Shown in pieces: positions 1 through 12,414 of a stretch of DNA of 64,000 bases. The notes under the pieces were generated by a model that was not told where the DNA came from, did not search any database, and saw nothing but the letters and a program-made list of their open reading frames with translations. Location: NCBI GenBank assembly GCA_951406725.2, contig OX597814.1, positions 190,154,001 through 190,218,000 of the forward strand. The letters run 5' to 3'. The stretch is from Octopus vulgaris (Eukaryota). The number at the start of each line of letters is the position of its first letter. Positions within the stretch are counted from its first letter, which is position 1. A program made the position numbers and the translations under genes.

Positions 1-104
1 TCCAATACAAGTCAGAGATCTGTTTGTAGATCTTCCCTTTCGGGGACAGTAGCTTATATACTCGCTTAAAAGCCGCCCTGTCATATATATGTATGTTTGT
101 GTAT

Positions 105-270
105 ACATCCGACGCGCACTTCTTTTGGTCTCTCTCTACCAAATCTAAGATTTTTGTCGGCCCGGAGATATATTAGAAGTCACTTGCCCAAGGTATCTCA
201 CAGTAGGACCGAACCGAAGATCATATGAGTGGGACGCAAGCTTCTTAACTACGTAGCCATGCCTGCACCC
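105..270 (-). mobile_element. Degraded 5' half of tRNA-SINE family A
   Basis: Diverged reverse-complement match to the head of the full-length copy at 50035-50436 (ctaccaaatc...cacttgcccaagg...gcctgcacc). Confidence 0.7.
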
Positions 271-327
271 AACTCAAGAGTTTTACTTTGTAATTCTCTA
301 CAGTTCTCAGATCATAACAGAATCACA

Positions 328-743
328 GGATCTTTTCGGTTTGAACGGCAGTTTTTTCTAGCAGTGTCATATGAAATTATCACCCATAATTATGACCCTA
401 GAATCGATCTATTGTATTTCAATCTATTATAGGGTTAGGGTTAGGGATGGGGGGAAGGGTATCTTTTTTCTTCACAAATGTAAATAAACCTAATCTGTTT
501 CTTAAACGAGGGACATATTCATACGGCACAGAATGCTTTTTGCCTCAATAGAGGTCAGTGATTGGTTGAAATTGCAGAAATTGAAGAAAAGAAACAACAA
601 ATATCTTACAAACTATAGAATTTTCTCAATAAAGCCAAGAGAAAAAGACGTTTTATAAACACATTCTACCAGTATACGAAGTTTAAAATGTTATAGTTAC
701 CTAGAAATTATGTTAAAAACTGTCGTTCAAACCGAAAAGATCC
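328..743. mobile_element. MITE with ~29-bp TIRs and 8-bp TSD (possibly Merlin- or hAT-type)
   Basis: TIR GGATCTTTTCGGTTTGAACGGCAGTTTTT and its near-perfect inverse ending at 743; identical flanking GAATCACA at 320-327 and 744-751; internal TAGGGTTAGGGTTAGGG at 430-446. Confidence 0.9.
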
Positions 744-1384
744 GAATCACATCGTCTAAAATGTATACATTTTGGTGCTGGTAGGAAGCCATTAACACTT
801 TGTAAAGAAGCTTAGCGCCACCTCCCTGTCCTTGACATTTTATATAAAACTTGTCGATTCTATGGAAGTATCTCTTGATGGACGTTTACATTGGAGAGAT
901 TATGAAGAAAAGTTTGGCTACCATATGGGTGCAATTATACACTATAATATACAAACAACAAACGTGATATGCGCAAGCATAAAAACTGAAAAGATGAGAT
1001 GTGAGCGTGCGCACGTGTGTGTGTGAGTGAGTGTATGTTATCTTTGTGTGCGCGAACGTGTGTGTGTGTGTGGCGTTACATCTTACCTTTAAAATGTCAA
1101 TAGTCGGCTGACATCTAAAAATCTTCATATTTTCGCAGCCTCAACAACAGATGTATATTTTATTATAATAAATGCATCGTACATCATTTATCATTGGCGT
1201 CACAATATTTACAAAAAAAAAAACAAAAGAAAAGAAAAAAAACAAAAGAAAAACACAGAACGTCTGTTTCGTAAAACATGGTATGGAACATAATAGCAAA
1301 GGAATTAATCACAAATAGAGGATATCTGAAAATAAAATAATAAAGAAATGTAAAAGCATTTGTATATACACATATACATACACA

Positions 1385-1700
<316 letters not shown>

Positions 1701-2789
1701 TGTATGTGCATAGATATGTGTGTGTGTATTTATGTGTGTACATGTGTATGTATATGTATGTTTATATATGTATATATGTATGCATATAGTTTGCTGTTCT
1801 GTTAAGCTAAGATCCACTGAGTATAAGCATCATTCAATGCGCACAGTATAAAGATACAAGTTACTAATAGTTTCTATCTTTGGAGAAATGTGTCTAGGCA
1901 GATTTTTATAACACGGCTTGTATCTGCAAGTAATTTCAGACTCTGAGAACATGGACTATACTATTTGAAAATCAGGATGAGAAATAACGAGAAAAAGACA
2001 AGAGGATGGTTAATGCAAAAAGAGGACGGGTGAATTTAAACGGAAAAAGAAAATATAGAAAATTAAGTACGACATGGCCTGGGCCTATACTGGCCCAAAC
2101 CCATCAAAGTTATATATATGTGTGTGTGCATGTATATGTATGCATACATATATGAGTATATGTGTGTGTGTGTGTATGTGTGTGTTGTGTGGTATGGTGC
2201 AATTGTATGTGTGTTTGTGTCCGCGTAAAATATCATGTATGTACTACCATATATTGCGATGTACTTCCATGCGTATTTTTAAAGTATTATAAGGTGACGA
2301 ATTGTGGATGTTGATATATTATTGTATTTATATATATTCTAGCTGAGGTAGCCGGTAATACTAGGGAGTGGGGATATTCTCAGTACCCATTACAATGCCT
2401 AATTTCTCTCAGACGAAAAATGAAATCAAGACATAGGACAGAAAATAGAAGGCGTAAGCAAATTCATTCACGAAACAATAATACAAATAAATACGTGTGA
2501 GATCAGAAAATCAAATGAGTGGAAAGCTGCAAATATATAATCAATGCAAACATCAAGAAGGGAATTGTAAAGGAGTGCTATGAAGAAAAGAGCATAAAAG
2601 TTTAAAAAGTAAACAAAATATTATTTAGAGAACAGGCACTTAATTTGACGACAGTGTTTCATGGGTATAGTTCCACTGATCGTGAGAATCAAATATCGAT
2701 TGTAACGTTTATCAATCGATAATTTTAAGTGCAGGTGTTAAGAAAATACATGTTACAGCAACATGAAAATGCTGAAATAATTGATGGAC

Positions 2790-3190
2790 ATTTTAACCCC
2801 ACAACAATTTAGGCCAAATTTCGTCAATCAGTTAATGAAAAATCATCTTACGCTTTGCTTGAGTGGCCAAGGTAAAAATTTATTTGTCTCAACCCATCCC
2901 TAGTGCTTATTCCACCAGTGTGTAACATTTCAAGAAAATCGGTTGAAAACTTTTAAAGTTATGACAGAAAATAACATTCATATGAGAATTTTCAATGAAA
3001 TATCCTATAAATTTTTTTTAAAAATCGATGTTGATTAAAAATTATCGATTTTTTAAAAATCCCAAGTGTGTAAGTGACCCTAGACACGTGTCAAGTTTCA
3101 TCAAGATCGGTTGGACAGTCACAAACACACAGACACAGACACACACAATGGTGGATAAGAATTCCTGGCTTTCTTAAATAAGTTGAGGCC
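2790..3190 (+). mobile_element. Non-autonomous Helitron/Helentron-like (HINE-like) repeat, copy 1
   Basis: Shares tttgtctcaacccatccctagtg...ttcaagaaaatcggttgaaa...aagtttcatcaagatcggttgg...acaaacacac with 3590-3975; AAATTTCA/GATCGG motifs and a CA/CAGA microsatellite near the 3' end are typical of such elements. Confidence 0.55.
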
Positions 3191-3589
3191 TACATGAGAA
3201 TATCTTTTGTCTTAAAAGACTGATATAAAATCCTGGACCTTCTATAAGAGTTAAGTTTCATGTAGTAACTTAACGCAAATCTGAACTCCAAAAGTATTCG
3301 CAAGTTAAGAGGGGGTAACTGATAAGTTAAACCTTCTATATGAGGAGTGGTTAGTATAAATGTAGTTTGATTATCAGTATACCTATGGTTGTGCATGAAA
3401 TACTGAATATAAAATGCTTGAGAAATAAAATTCTCTTACCTATTTAAAACCTGAAACGCTGGAGAATTAAATCAACGAATTGAAATAAGTTTTAGCAAAT
3501 GAAAACAATTTGTTTATACCTATGAACCATTTTTCGTCGAATTTCAGCATTCTTCGCCAAATTGGAATCTATATTAATGGATAGGACCA

Positions 3590-3975
3590 ATTTGACGAAC
3601 AAATGGCTAAAGTCTGGCAGAGAACCCGTGTTGTTGTCATTTTTGTGCTTGTGCGTAAAAAAATATATTTGTCTCAACCCATCCCTAGTGCATATTCCAT
3701 CTGTGTATAACATTTCAAGAAAATCGGTTGAAACCTTTTAAAGTTGTGGTAGAAAATAATATTCGTATGAGAATTTGCATTGAAATGTCCTGTTGATTTT
3801 GAAAAATCGATGGTGATTAAAAATTATCGATTTTTTTTAAATTCTATGTGCGTAAGTGACCATGTGGGCATAAGCGCCACACACGTGTCAAGTTCCATCA
3901 AGATAAGTTGGATAGTCTCGGAGGAGTTAAAGTGATAAATTCACAAACACACCCACCACAAACAGACAGAAATTA
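3590..3975 (+). mobile_element. Non-autonomous Helitron/Helentron-like repeat, copy 2
   Basis: Diverged direct repeat of 2800-3150. Confidence 0.55.
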
Positions 3976-3992
3976 CCATTTATGTGTGTGTG

Positions 3993-4066
<74 letters not shown>

Positions 4067-4073
<7 letters not shown>

Positions 4074-4625
4074 CGTCCACTCGTGACCGAGGAAGACGAT
4101 AGCTGATCTTCAGGAACATTGTGCGCTCTAGGATATAGAGAAAAAATAATGCAGCACATATCGAGCATAGGTGAGCAATGCCTATGCAGAGTTTTTGGTC
4201 CAATAAGGCTTGCATGACACCTCATAGACCCTCTCTACTCTATTGACATTATCCAGAGACAAGTCACAACAAGATGTCTGGTATCTATATGAGCCGGAGG
4301 CTCAGGGATGTAGGTGCACCATGATCTCTAGCACAAACCAAAGATACCAAAAATTCCAATGCTATTACCTGCATAGAGACATGCTTCAACAGAATCCAGT
4401 ACAACCTGTTGCATAGTTGGGTTGTCGGCGACTAAACCGGCACCTGGTAGAAACCCAGCAGGATTAAAAACAAGACTTGTTGAAATGTCGGATGGACCTA
4501 GTGCAGGATCAACGGCTATCTAGCAATAGCACGGTTATGCAGAAATTCCGGGATATTGTCCGGCGTGCTGGAAGACTACTGGGAGGGAGGCACCCCTCAG
4601 CTTCTGTTAAAGCATGTGTCTAGGA
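4067..4625 (-). mobile_element. Possible RTE-derived non-autonomous retroposon
   Basis: Minus-strand end CCTCGGTCACGAGTGGACGGCCATCA abutting (TA)n resembles the RTE 3' terminus at 59221-59253; the body is GC-richer than its flanks. Confidence 0.35.
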
Positions 4626-4629
4626 GAAG

Positions 4630-5590
4630 GCCACACTGATATAAAACCATATATAAAACCAAGAAAGCAAACAACCAGAGAGTCAGGTGATACAAAAAAG
4701 GAACAGCAAAGCATCCAGATAAACGATACAAGGGAATCAAGGACGGGTCATTCGGAGTTTTCTTTCCTTAGTCGAGTTCCAGATTATCTTTGCAATTTCG
4801 GCTGTTTATAATCGAGATTGGTCCAATCTGGCTAGTCCCAAGGAAAAACTAAGCTAAGAGCATTATATTCCTTGGAAGAAAGCAGCGAATGTATAAGACA
4901 ACAAGGACGGAAAAAACAGAGAATGTTACACAAATACAAATAACAGGACATAACAGGTGTCTTTCGACTAAGGACGAATTAAATTAAGCTGGCGTGTGTG
5001 GAAGTAAAGCCCTACGGCTGGGATACAAGATTTCACAGGCACAGGGAGGAATATAGACGTTTCACGGACGGTGGCCGAACCATAAATAAAGGTCAGGCTT
5101 GGTTGAACACTGGTCACGTGGGGAGAGTGGAGAGAGAGATATAAAGGCAGAGGGACAGAAGAAATAAGGAGGGGCGAGAAAAGATGACAGGGACACAGTG
5201 AAGTGAAAAGAGGAGGGAAAGTGAGCATGAAGAGAAGGCAAGGAAATGTGAGAGAGGGGGAACGAAAGAACGAAGAGCGGAATGAACAAAGTAAGCGTGA
5301 AAGGGCTGATAGAAAGAAGGAAAGAATAAAAGAATAGAAAGGGCTGGTAGACAAGATTTAGATAAATATATACTTACATATAAGTGACCAAAGTGTACGT
5401 ACGCCGCTATATGTCTTTATATATAAAAATACAAAATGGGACAAAAACGCAAAACATTCAAACAGTTAGGTGATACAAAAAAGGGACAACTAAACATCCA
5501 GATAGACGATACAGAGAAAACAAAGAAGGGTCATTCGGAGTTTTCTTTCCTTAGTCGAGTTCCACATTATCTTTGCAATTTCGGCTGGTT
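4630..5590 (-). mobile_element. PLE-like non-coding element with partial tandem (pseudo-LTR-like) repeat
   Basis: 4655-4805 is repeated at 5435-5588; 4920-5400 is homologous (inverted) to 48740-49175. Confidence 0.5.
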
Positions 5591-6736
5591 GTGTGTGTGT
5601 ATATTATTTTATTCTTTTTCAGTCGCCGGACTGCACAGCAGATGTGGGGTACTGTGTCACAAACCATGGGTCGTCATGTCTACTCATTTCATATATGACA
5701 TCAATGAATTCATTGTAGCTAAACAACATCAGCGAACTTTTATGTCTGTTTTAACGTCTGATTTATTAACCATCGCTCAATCACTAAATCAAAAACAACC
5801 AAATGTGTATACTGACATTAGTCAAAAGTCATTTATCTGTCAAACATACGTTCTCGTTCGTATAACCAGAGTGAAGTACTTCGACATTTGTCTAGGCTAA
5901 ATTACAATCAGAATTACTTTTGCTTTTTGCTTTTTGTTGTTTTTTATTTTTGTTTTCTTTAGAGATCACCAAACTTGGTCATTAGACTTAATCATCTGTA
6001 TTTCATCTGTCCTTACAGTTAATTATGAATGGTCTCATAACTTTGCCTTGGCATATAAATTTCATGGATACGTTAGCATGAAAGTCAAAGACAGGAAATA
6101 GATTTCGTTCCAGTTGGTAACTAATGTTTAGCCTTTATATATGTGTGCGTGTGTGTGTTTACAAATGAGAACATACGTTTGACAGGTATATATGTATGTA
6201 TATATGTGTGTGTACGTAAGAGTATGTGTGAGCGTGTATGCATATGTATGTAGCACAGGTTGACATTTCCAAAGAAACAGAAACAATGCATTCAAAATTA
6301 CGATTGCAATTAAAAAATGCACTTTTTATTCTTCACTTTTGTTACATTTTAAGTAGTGAGAGGACTTCGATACAACAACAGCGACAATCATCGTTATCAT
6401 TTGTCTTTGTGATTGTCGTTATTTTGGAATAATTAAGCTAAAATCATTATTTCTAATATTTTGAAATATGAAAATTAACGACGATAACGATGACTTGTAG
6501 TACGTCTCATATGATAATTCTCAAATTCTCATTCACGTGTTTTTCATTTAAATAGGTTCTACACTGGATTGCTTAAAGACTTACGAAACACTATTTATCG
6601 TACTATTCCGAATGAATGAAAGGCAGATTTGACTTTGGTGGGATTTGAACATCAGAACGTAAAGTGCTGGGAGAAATAATGGAAAGCAGTTTTTCGATGC
6701 TCTAACGATTCTGCCAGCTTACTGACTTAGGGTATT

Positions 6737-7210
6737 TACTCTTTTACTTGTTTCAGTCATTTGAATGTGGCCATACTGGAGCACCGCCTTTAGTCGAGCA
6801 AATCGACCCCAGGAGTTATTCTTTGTAAGCCTAGTACTTCTTCTATCGGTCTTTTTTGCTGAACCGCTAAGTTACGGGGACGTAAACACACCAGCATCGG
6901 TGTGTGCGTGCATGTGTGCGTGTGTATGTGTATGAAAGAGAGACTGTGTGAGTGTGTGTGTACGTATGTGTGAGTGTGTATTTGTGTCCACGTTTGCTCC
7001 ACCACCACCACCACAACAGGTTGACAACCGGTATTCGTGTGTTTATTTCCCCGTAACTTAGCATTGCGACAAAAGAAGTCGATAAAATAAATAACAGGCT
7101 TAAAAAAGTAAAAAGTAATGGGGTTGACTCTTTCGACTGAAAATTCTTCACTTCCATGCAGTGACCCTGCATGGCCGCAGTTCAATGACTGAAGCAAATA
7201 AAAAGTAAAG
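6737..7210. mobile_element. Two oppositely oriented 3' halves of SINE family A joined by a (TG)-rich tract
   Basis: 6737-6900 is a minus-strand 3' half; about 6990-7210 is a diverged plus-strand 3' half. Confidence 0.8.
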
Positions 7211-7444
7211 GATTGTAAACTTTAAAATTATTACTAATTCGTAACAGCTTGTCGTCTGTTGTTAGGACAGTAAAATGGAGTTCATATGACAAAACAGAGA
7301 TAAAACAGTATTATTACATAATTTTCAGTGATAAATATTATAGTTGGTCGCAGCTGATACACCGATAGTTATCAGAGAAGTGTCGGTCATGAGACGCATC
7401 AATAGAATCCTTAACGTTAAGTTATAATAAATTAACCACAGTAA

Positions 7445-7555
7445 AAAAAGAAAGAAAGAAAGAAAGAAAGAAAGGAAGGAAGGAAGGAAGGAAGGAAGGA
7501 AGGAAGGAAGGAAGGAAGGAAGGAAGGAAGAAAGAAAGGAAGAAAGAAGGAAGAT

Positions 7556-7599
<44 letters not shown>

Positions 7600-7607
7600 A
7601 GGAAGGT

Positions 7608-7655
<48 letters not shown>

Positions 7656-7865
7656 ATGAAGGAAAGAAAGAAGGTATGGAAGAAAGAAAGAAAGAAAGAA
7701 TGAAGGAAGGAAGGAAGGCAGGAAGGAAGGAAAGAAAGAAGGAAAGAAAAAGAAAGAAAGAAAGAAGGAACGAACGAAGGAAGGAAGGAACGAAGGAAGG
7801 AAGGAAAGAAAGAAAGAAAGAAAGAAAGAAGGAAGGAAGGAAAGAAAGAAAGAAAGAAGGAAGGA

Positions 7866-7897
<32 letters not shown>

Positions 7898-7920
7898 AAA
7901 AAGAAAGAAAGAAAGAAGGA

Positions 7921-7964
<44 letters not shown>

Positions 7965-7965
7965 C

Positions 7966-8000
<35 letters not shown>

Positions 8001-8035
8001 CAGAAAGAAGGAAAGAAAGAAAAGTGAGTTGATAA
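7445..8035. repeat. ~590-bp polypurine (GAAA)n/(GGAA)n array
   Basis: Directly visible. Confidence 0.97.
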
Positions 8036-8182
8036 AGAAGAAGCGGCTCCTTCTCATTGACTATAGAAATAATTGGGTTTATTTCTGCAAAGGATTATGA
8101 AAGCGGATGTGTCTCAAAGAGTGAGTTTCAGTCAGACAAGCAGAAACACTCACACAGACACATACATACAGATTTACACTAT

Positions 8183-8297
8183 TTACATTCGACGGGTATT
8201 TGTCCTCATCTTGTTTGTTGAGCATACGGCGTAGTGGTTAAGAGTGCGGGCTACTGACCCCAAGATTCTGAGTTCGATTCCAAGCAGTGACCTGAAC

Positions 8298-8328
<31 letters not shown>

Positions 8329-8517
8329 TCGAAGAATACCTTAGGAATGAGAACCCGGGTTCGAAATTTCCCAAAGACACCTGATGAAGGCTGGAGGGTA
8401 TATCAGCCGAAACGTTGTGTTAATAACAAACAAGATGAGGACAAATGTCCTTCGAATGTAATTAATGTAAATGATGTAAATAATGTACATAATTCCTCAT
8501 CTCTTAAATATAGAACT
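8183..8517 (+). mobile_element. tRNA-headed short retroelement carrying a hammerhead ribozyme, with 5' inverted copy of its tail
   Basis: A box CGGCGTAGTGG 8227-8237; B box GAGTTCGATTCC 8270-8281; (AAT)n; HHR 8376-8421; 8183-8219 is the inverse of 8425-8461. Confidence 0.75.
8376..8421 (+). ncRNA. Type I hammerhead ribozyme motif
   Basis: GACAC-CTGATGA-A-GGCTG(10-nt loop)CAGCC-GAA-ACGT-T-GTGTT; predicted GUU cleavage after 8416. Confidence 0.85.
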
Positions 8518-8794
8518 ACATACATACAAACATGCACAAATACAAAAATACATGAACAAACATACAGATAGAGCTTCAGTTTAGATCGTTTATTAATAGA
8601 TGATTCTTTTAAGTCTACACGTATGTCTACACATATGCTCGTTTGTACTTGGGTATATAAGTCGCGTGCGCGGTCGTACGTGTGTCTTTTATGCGATGTC
8701 TTTGAAAAGCGGTGCCGAATTTTACATTTCCGTAAATAATAATATTTGTTATGCGCGTTTTCTGCGACGTTTTGATCACTTATAAGCTTTAAGC

Positions 8795-8859
<65 letters not shown>

Positions 8860-8861
<2 letters not shown>

Positions 8862-9400
8862 CGTTTTGGGATTTGGTTTGCAAGATTCTTTATATGAGTT
8901 CGTGTGTTGAAACATATTCTTTTGTGTCTGGGGAGAGTCATATTCTTTTGGTGCCTTATAATATAACACACTTTCAATAGTTACTATTGAGAAGGTTGCA
9001 AGACGCAACAAAAATTTTAGGAAAATAAAAATAAGAAAAAAGCGGAAATTTTACCGGTGAGTGTGATATATTATAAAGCACAAAAAGAAAATGACTCTCC
9101 TCAGACACAACAGTATATATATAGTTAATCCAAACATGAACAAAGAGAAAGCACAACAACGTGAGGACGTAGAACAAGTATAGTGTAATGGACGCTCAGG
9201 AAAGGAAAGAAAGAAGGAGGGTTTAACGTTTCGAGCGGAGCTCTTCTTCAGAAATATAGAATAAAGGTAAAGTCCAAGGAAGGGAAAACGGAGAAAGAAA
9301 ATCGCCAACGGTACACACGCGGTCACATATTGAAATGACCGGAAGGGAATGGGTGAAGAAAAAGTTCTCTCAAAGACGGGAGAGTGCAAGAGAAAGAGGT
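8860..9400. mobile_element. Opposed PLE pseudo-LTR-like fragments
   Basis: 8924-8972 is the inverse of 9060-9108; 9130-9260 is homologous to 53050-53185 and holds an HHR. Confidence 0.6.
9221..9255 (-). ncRNA. Minimal type I hammerhead motif
   Basis: Minus strand TTT-CTGAAGA-A-GAGC(TCC)GCTC-GAA-ACGT-T-AAA. Confidence 0.8.
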
Positions 9401-9429
9401 ATGTGTGGGTATGTGAGTATATATGTGTG

Positions 9430-9482
<53 letters not shown>

Positions 9483-10355
9483 ATATATATATATGTGTGT
9501 GTGTGTATATATACATATGTGTGTGTGTGTGTCCTTATACAAAATAAACCTCTGTGTGTGCATGTGTGTGTGTTTGCTTTTCACGCGAAAACGACTGCGC
9601 GAATTACTTCCATACTTGGGATGTATGAATAATTTGACCCCGGACACATAATAGGGTCTTCAGTTTCTTTTTTTATTAAAAATAAATAATATTGATTTAT
9701 ATATATATATGATTCACTTGTTTAAAAAGGTTTCTTAATGTCAACTTCGGTATTGAAATTTTCCGTTTTCATTTGCAAAATCTTTCACTCCCTATTTTGA
9801 CGTTTTCAAGTTTTAATCTACAATTTGCAAACAACTACGATACATTACTGAAAGAAATATTTACTAAGTTCACAAATTTAAATATTCGGTACAAGTGCTT
9901 TTATTTATACGATATTTTTCATTTCATGTTTATTTCATTCATTGTCTGCAATGTTCTCCCCAACCTCTCTCTCACACACTCACACACGTCAGTCACACAC
10001 GCTCACGGGTGTTTTTGTAAGTACGTTTGTATACATTTTATGTGTGTGTGTGTTTGTGGGAGAGAGAGAGAGACAGTCAGTCAGTCAGTCAGTCAAAAGG
10101 TGTGTTGTCATGTACACGTACATACATAAATACATATGCATACATCTTTTTTGTATATATTGGCGCGTGTGCGTGAGAGAGAAGACAGAGAGGTCGATAT
10201 CTAAGTAGCATTTACACACTCTCTCTCTCTCACACACACACACAGAAGCACACATACATGCAAAAAAGATGTATGCATATTTATTTATGTATGTACGTAT
10301 ACATGACGACTCATCCCTTTTCTCTCTTACACATACACACAAACGCTCATTTAAT

Positions 10356-10507
10356 TACTCTCTTTTACTCTCTTTTACTTGTTTCAGTCATTTGACTGCG
10401 GCCATGCTGGAGCACCGCCTTTAGTCGAGCAAATCGACCCCGGGACTTATTCTTTGTAAGCCCAGTACTTATTCTATCGGTCTTTTTTGCCGAACCGCTA
10501 AGTGACG
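10356..10507 (-). mobile_element. SINE family A, 3' part (interrupted by PLE)
   Basis: Matches the family A tail; the 5' part resumes at about 11836-12035. Confidence 0.9.
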
Positions 10508-11833
10508 AAGTTAATGAAGCACTTCGGACTTAGTATAACTATAGATACTAACTTGACGGTTGTCAATTTCTTAGACGTTTCCTTAGATCTTAATAAGAAT
10601 ATTTATAAGCCTTATAGGAAGCCCAATGATAGACTAAGTTATATTAATGTAGGTTCATGCCATCCCCCTATAGTATTCAAAAATTTAGTTAAAAATATTA
10701 GTAAGAGGATTTCTAGCCTCTCATCTGATGAGGACATCTTCAATAGCGTTGCCCCAGTTTATAATAAGGCTTTAAAAGATAGTGGTTTTAGCAATAAAAT
10801 AAAATATACACCTATCACTAGCCCAACAGTAAAGAAAAGGAATAATAGAAATAGGAAGGTGGCCTTCAATATAGGTAAATATTTCCTAGCACTGATAGAT
10901 AGACATTTTCCAGTTAACCATACTTATAGGAAACTCTTCAATAGACACAATTTAAAATTTAGTTTTAGTTGAACTACCAATTTTAAAAACATAATCAAAC
11001 ATAACATACAAAAAACACAAGAAGAAAACAGCTGTTCATGCAGGAATAAAGAATTGTGCCCGCTAAATGGAGCTTGCATGTCCAAGACCATCATATATGA
11101 AGCTACCGTAAACTCTATAACCACTAAAGACACCGTTTCGACGAAGAAATACGTGGGCCTTACAGAGGGTAATTTCAAGGCCAGGTTCAATAACCACACT
11201 TTGAGCTTTAGGCACTGGAACAAAAGAAAAGCGACACAATTGTCTAATCATATTTGGTCTTTAAGAGATAAAGGTGTCGATTATAACATACAATGGAAGA
11301 TTTTGGCCAGATGTAAGCCCTATACTAACGGCAGCGGAAGGTGCGGTCTATGCGACATGGAGAGATGGCTTATCTGGAAAAGCAGCTTAGACCCTACTAC
11401 ATGTCTAAATACAAGGACAGAGCTTTTCGGATCATGCCCACATGTGACTAAGTTTCTATTACGTTTTTGGTCCCCTAAAGAAAACAGATAGAACATGCTT
11501 TCTATGTTATGTCCCAAGAAGAATTTATATATTTTTTATATATTTTTTATGTATTTTTATATAATTTTTATGACGAAAAATCCGAGCGATGTATAAGTAC
11601 GCAGGCAAGCAGATTTATAACAGAGTAATTTCCCTTTATTTAACGGTATTTTTTCATAACGTTTTCGAATAGCCAGATAACCGAAGAGATGGTGTTGTGG
11701 ATTTCCACTTCGGCATCTTAAACTCAGAGTTTTATCTTGACTACCGAGTAATGTAACATATTGTATAGATAAATTTCCTCTATTTACATAATATCGAGGT
11801 CTCTTTCTTTCTTTTGTTATCTTACCGTTTTAT

Positions 11834-11835
<2 letters not shown>
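10508..11835 (+). mobile_element. 5'-truncated Penelope-like retroelement (C-terminal EN, Hydra-clade-like): RT C-terminus, GIY-YIG, 3' pLTR
   Basis: VNFLDVSLDL...YRKPNDRLSYINVGSCHPP (PLE RT thumb); CSCRNKELCPLNGAC linker; IIYEATV...KYVGLTEGNFKARFNNH GIY-YIG; CGLC..E and LNTRTEL..CPH. ORFs 10502-10972 and 11054-11491 share one frame, split by a single TGA. Confidence 0.92.
11675..11737 (+). ncRNA. Degenerate type I hammerhead in the PLE 3' pLTR
   Basis: AGATAA-CCGAAGA-GATG..GTGGA/TCCAC..CATC-T-TAA-ACTCAGAGT-T-TTATCT; stems I and III intact, core has U4C and G12U. Confidence 0.7.
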
Positions 11836-11870
<35 letters not shown>

Positions 11871-12035
11871 TACGACAGGCTTCTTTCAGTTTCCGTCTAC
11901 CAAATCCACTCACAAGGCATTGGTCGGCCCGGGGCTATAGCAGAAGACACTTGCCCAAGATGCCACGCAGTGGGACTGAACCCGGAACCATGTCGTTGGT
12001 TAGCAAGCTACTTACCACGCAGCTACTCCTGCACC
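11836..12035 (-). mobile_element. SINE family A, 5' part
   Basis: (TA)n then cgacaggcttctttcagtttccg...ctcctgcacc. Confidence 0.9.
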
Positions 12036-12069
12036 TAAGATTTAAATGCTGCAATATACCCTCTTATGC

Positions 12070-12390
12070 AGAATGGCAGTCAGCAGATAATTAAAAATGA
12101 CGAAGACGCAGAGTAAAACAGCGGAAGATACATCGGTACCAATGAGGCGTTTTGGCGTATCTTCAATTTTCCCATTCATGAGAGGCACCTAGCCATCATT
12201 CATCTTGGTGCCCATCTAGAGATGGTTATCTTTACAAAACAAACAGCCTTGCAACAAGCACTTTCTCCAAACGAAACTACCCTTACTGCCTGTTTTAAGT
12301 TGTGCCAAGTAGATGAAGATGCAAGAAAACTCTCCGCCCACAATTACTCAAGTATTACACCTGGAGAAACAATAAATGGCAGAAGAGGAA
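12070..12390 (+). pseudogene. Helitron Rep/helicase coding fragment
   Basis: Translation SGRYIGTNEAFWRIFNFPIHERHLAIIHLGAHLE..FT...TTLTACFKLCQVDEDARKL, then frameshifted KYYTWRNNKWQKR; matches the conserved Helitron segment GRY.S..EA.WRIF.FPIH.R.P.V..L.VHL. Confidence 0.85.
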
Positions 12391-12414
12391 GTGTGGTGCT
12401 GATGCTCTTGCATC

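Noticed and set aside
430-446. Telomere or chromosome fusion site
   Set aside because: Only about three units, and they lie inside a MITE present twice in the window.
4755-4850. Additional hammerhead
   Set aside because: GAAA and CTAAGGA-like words are present, but the core is too degenerate and the stems could not be assigned.
8221-8294. Functional tRNA gene (also the SINE heads at 14505, 50035 and 58500)
   Set aside because: No proper acceptor stem; each continues into a repeat body.
11565-11625. SECIS element for the in-frame TGA
   Set aside because: ATGA...GA spacing is too short and no 11-12-bp helix II is evident; it could be another decayed HHR.
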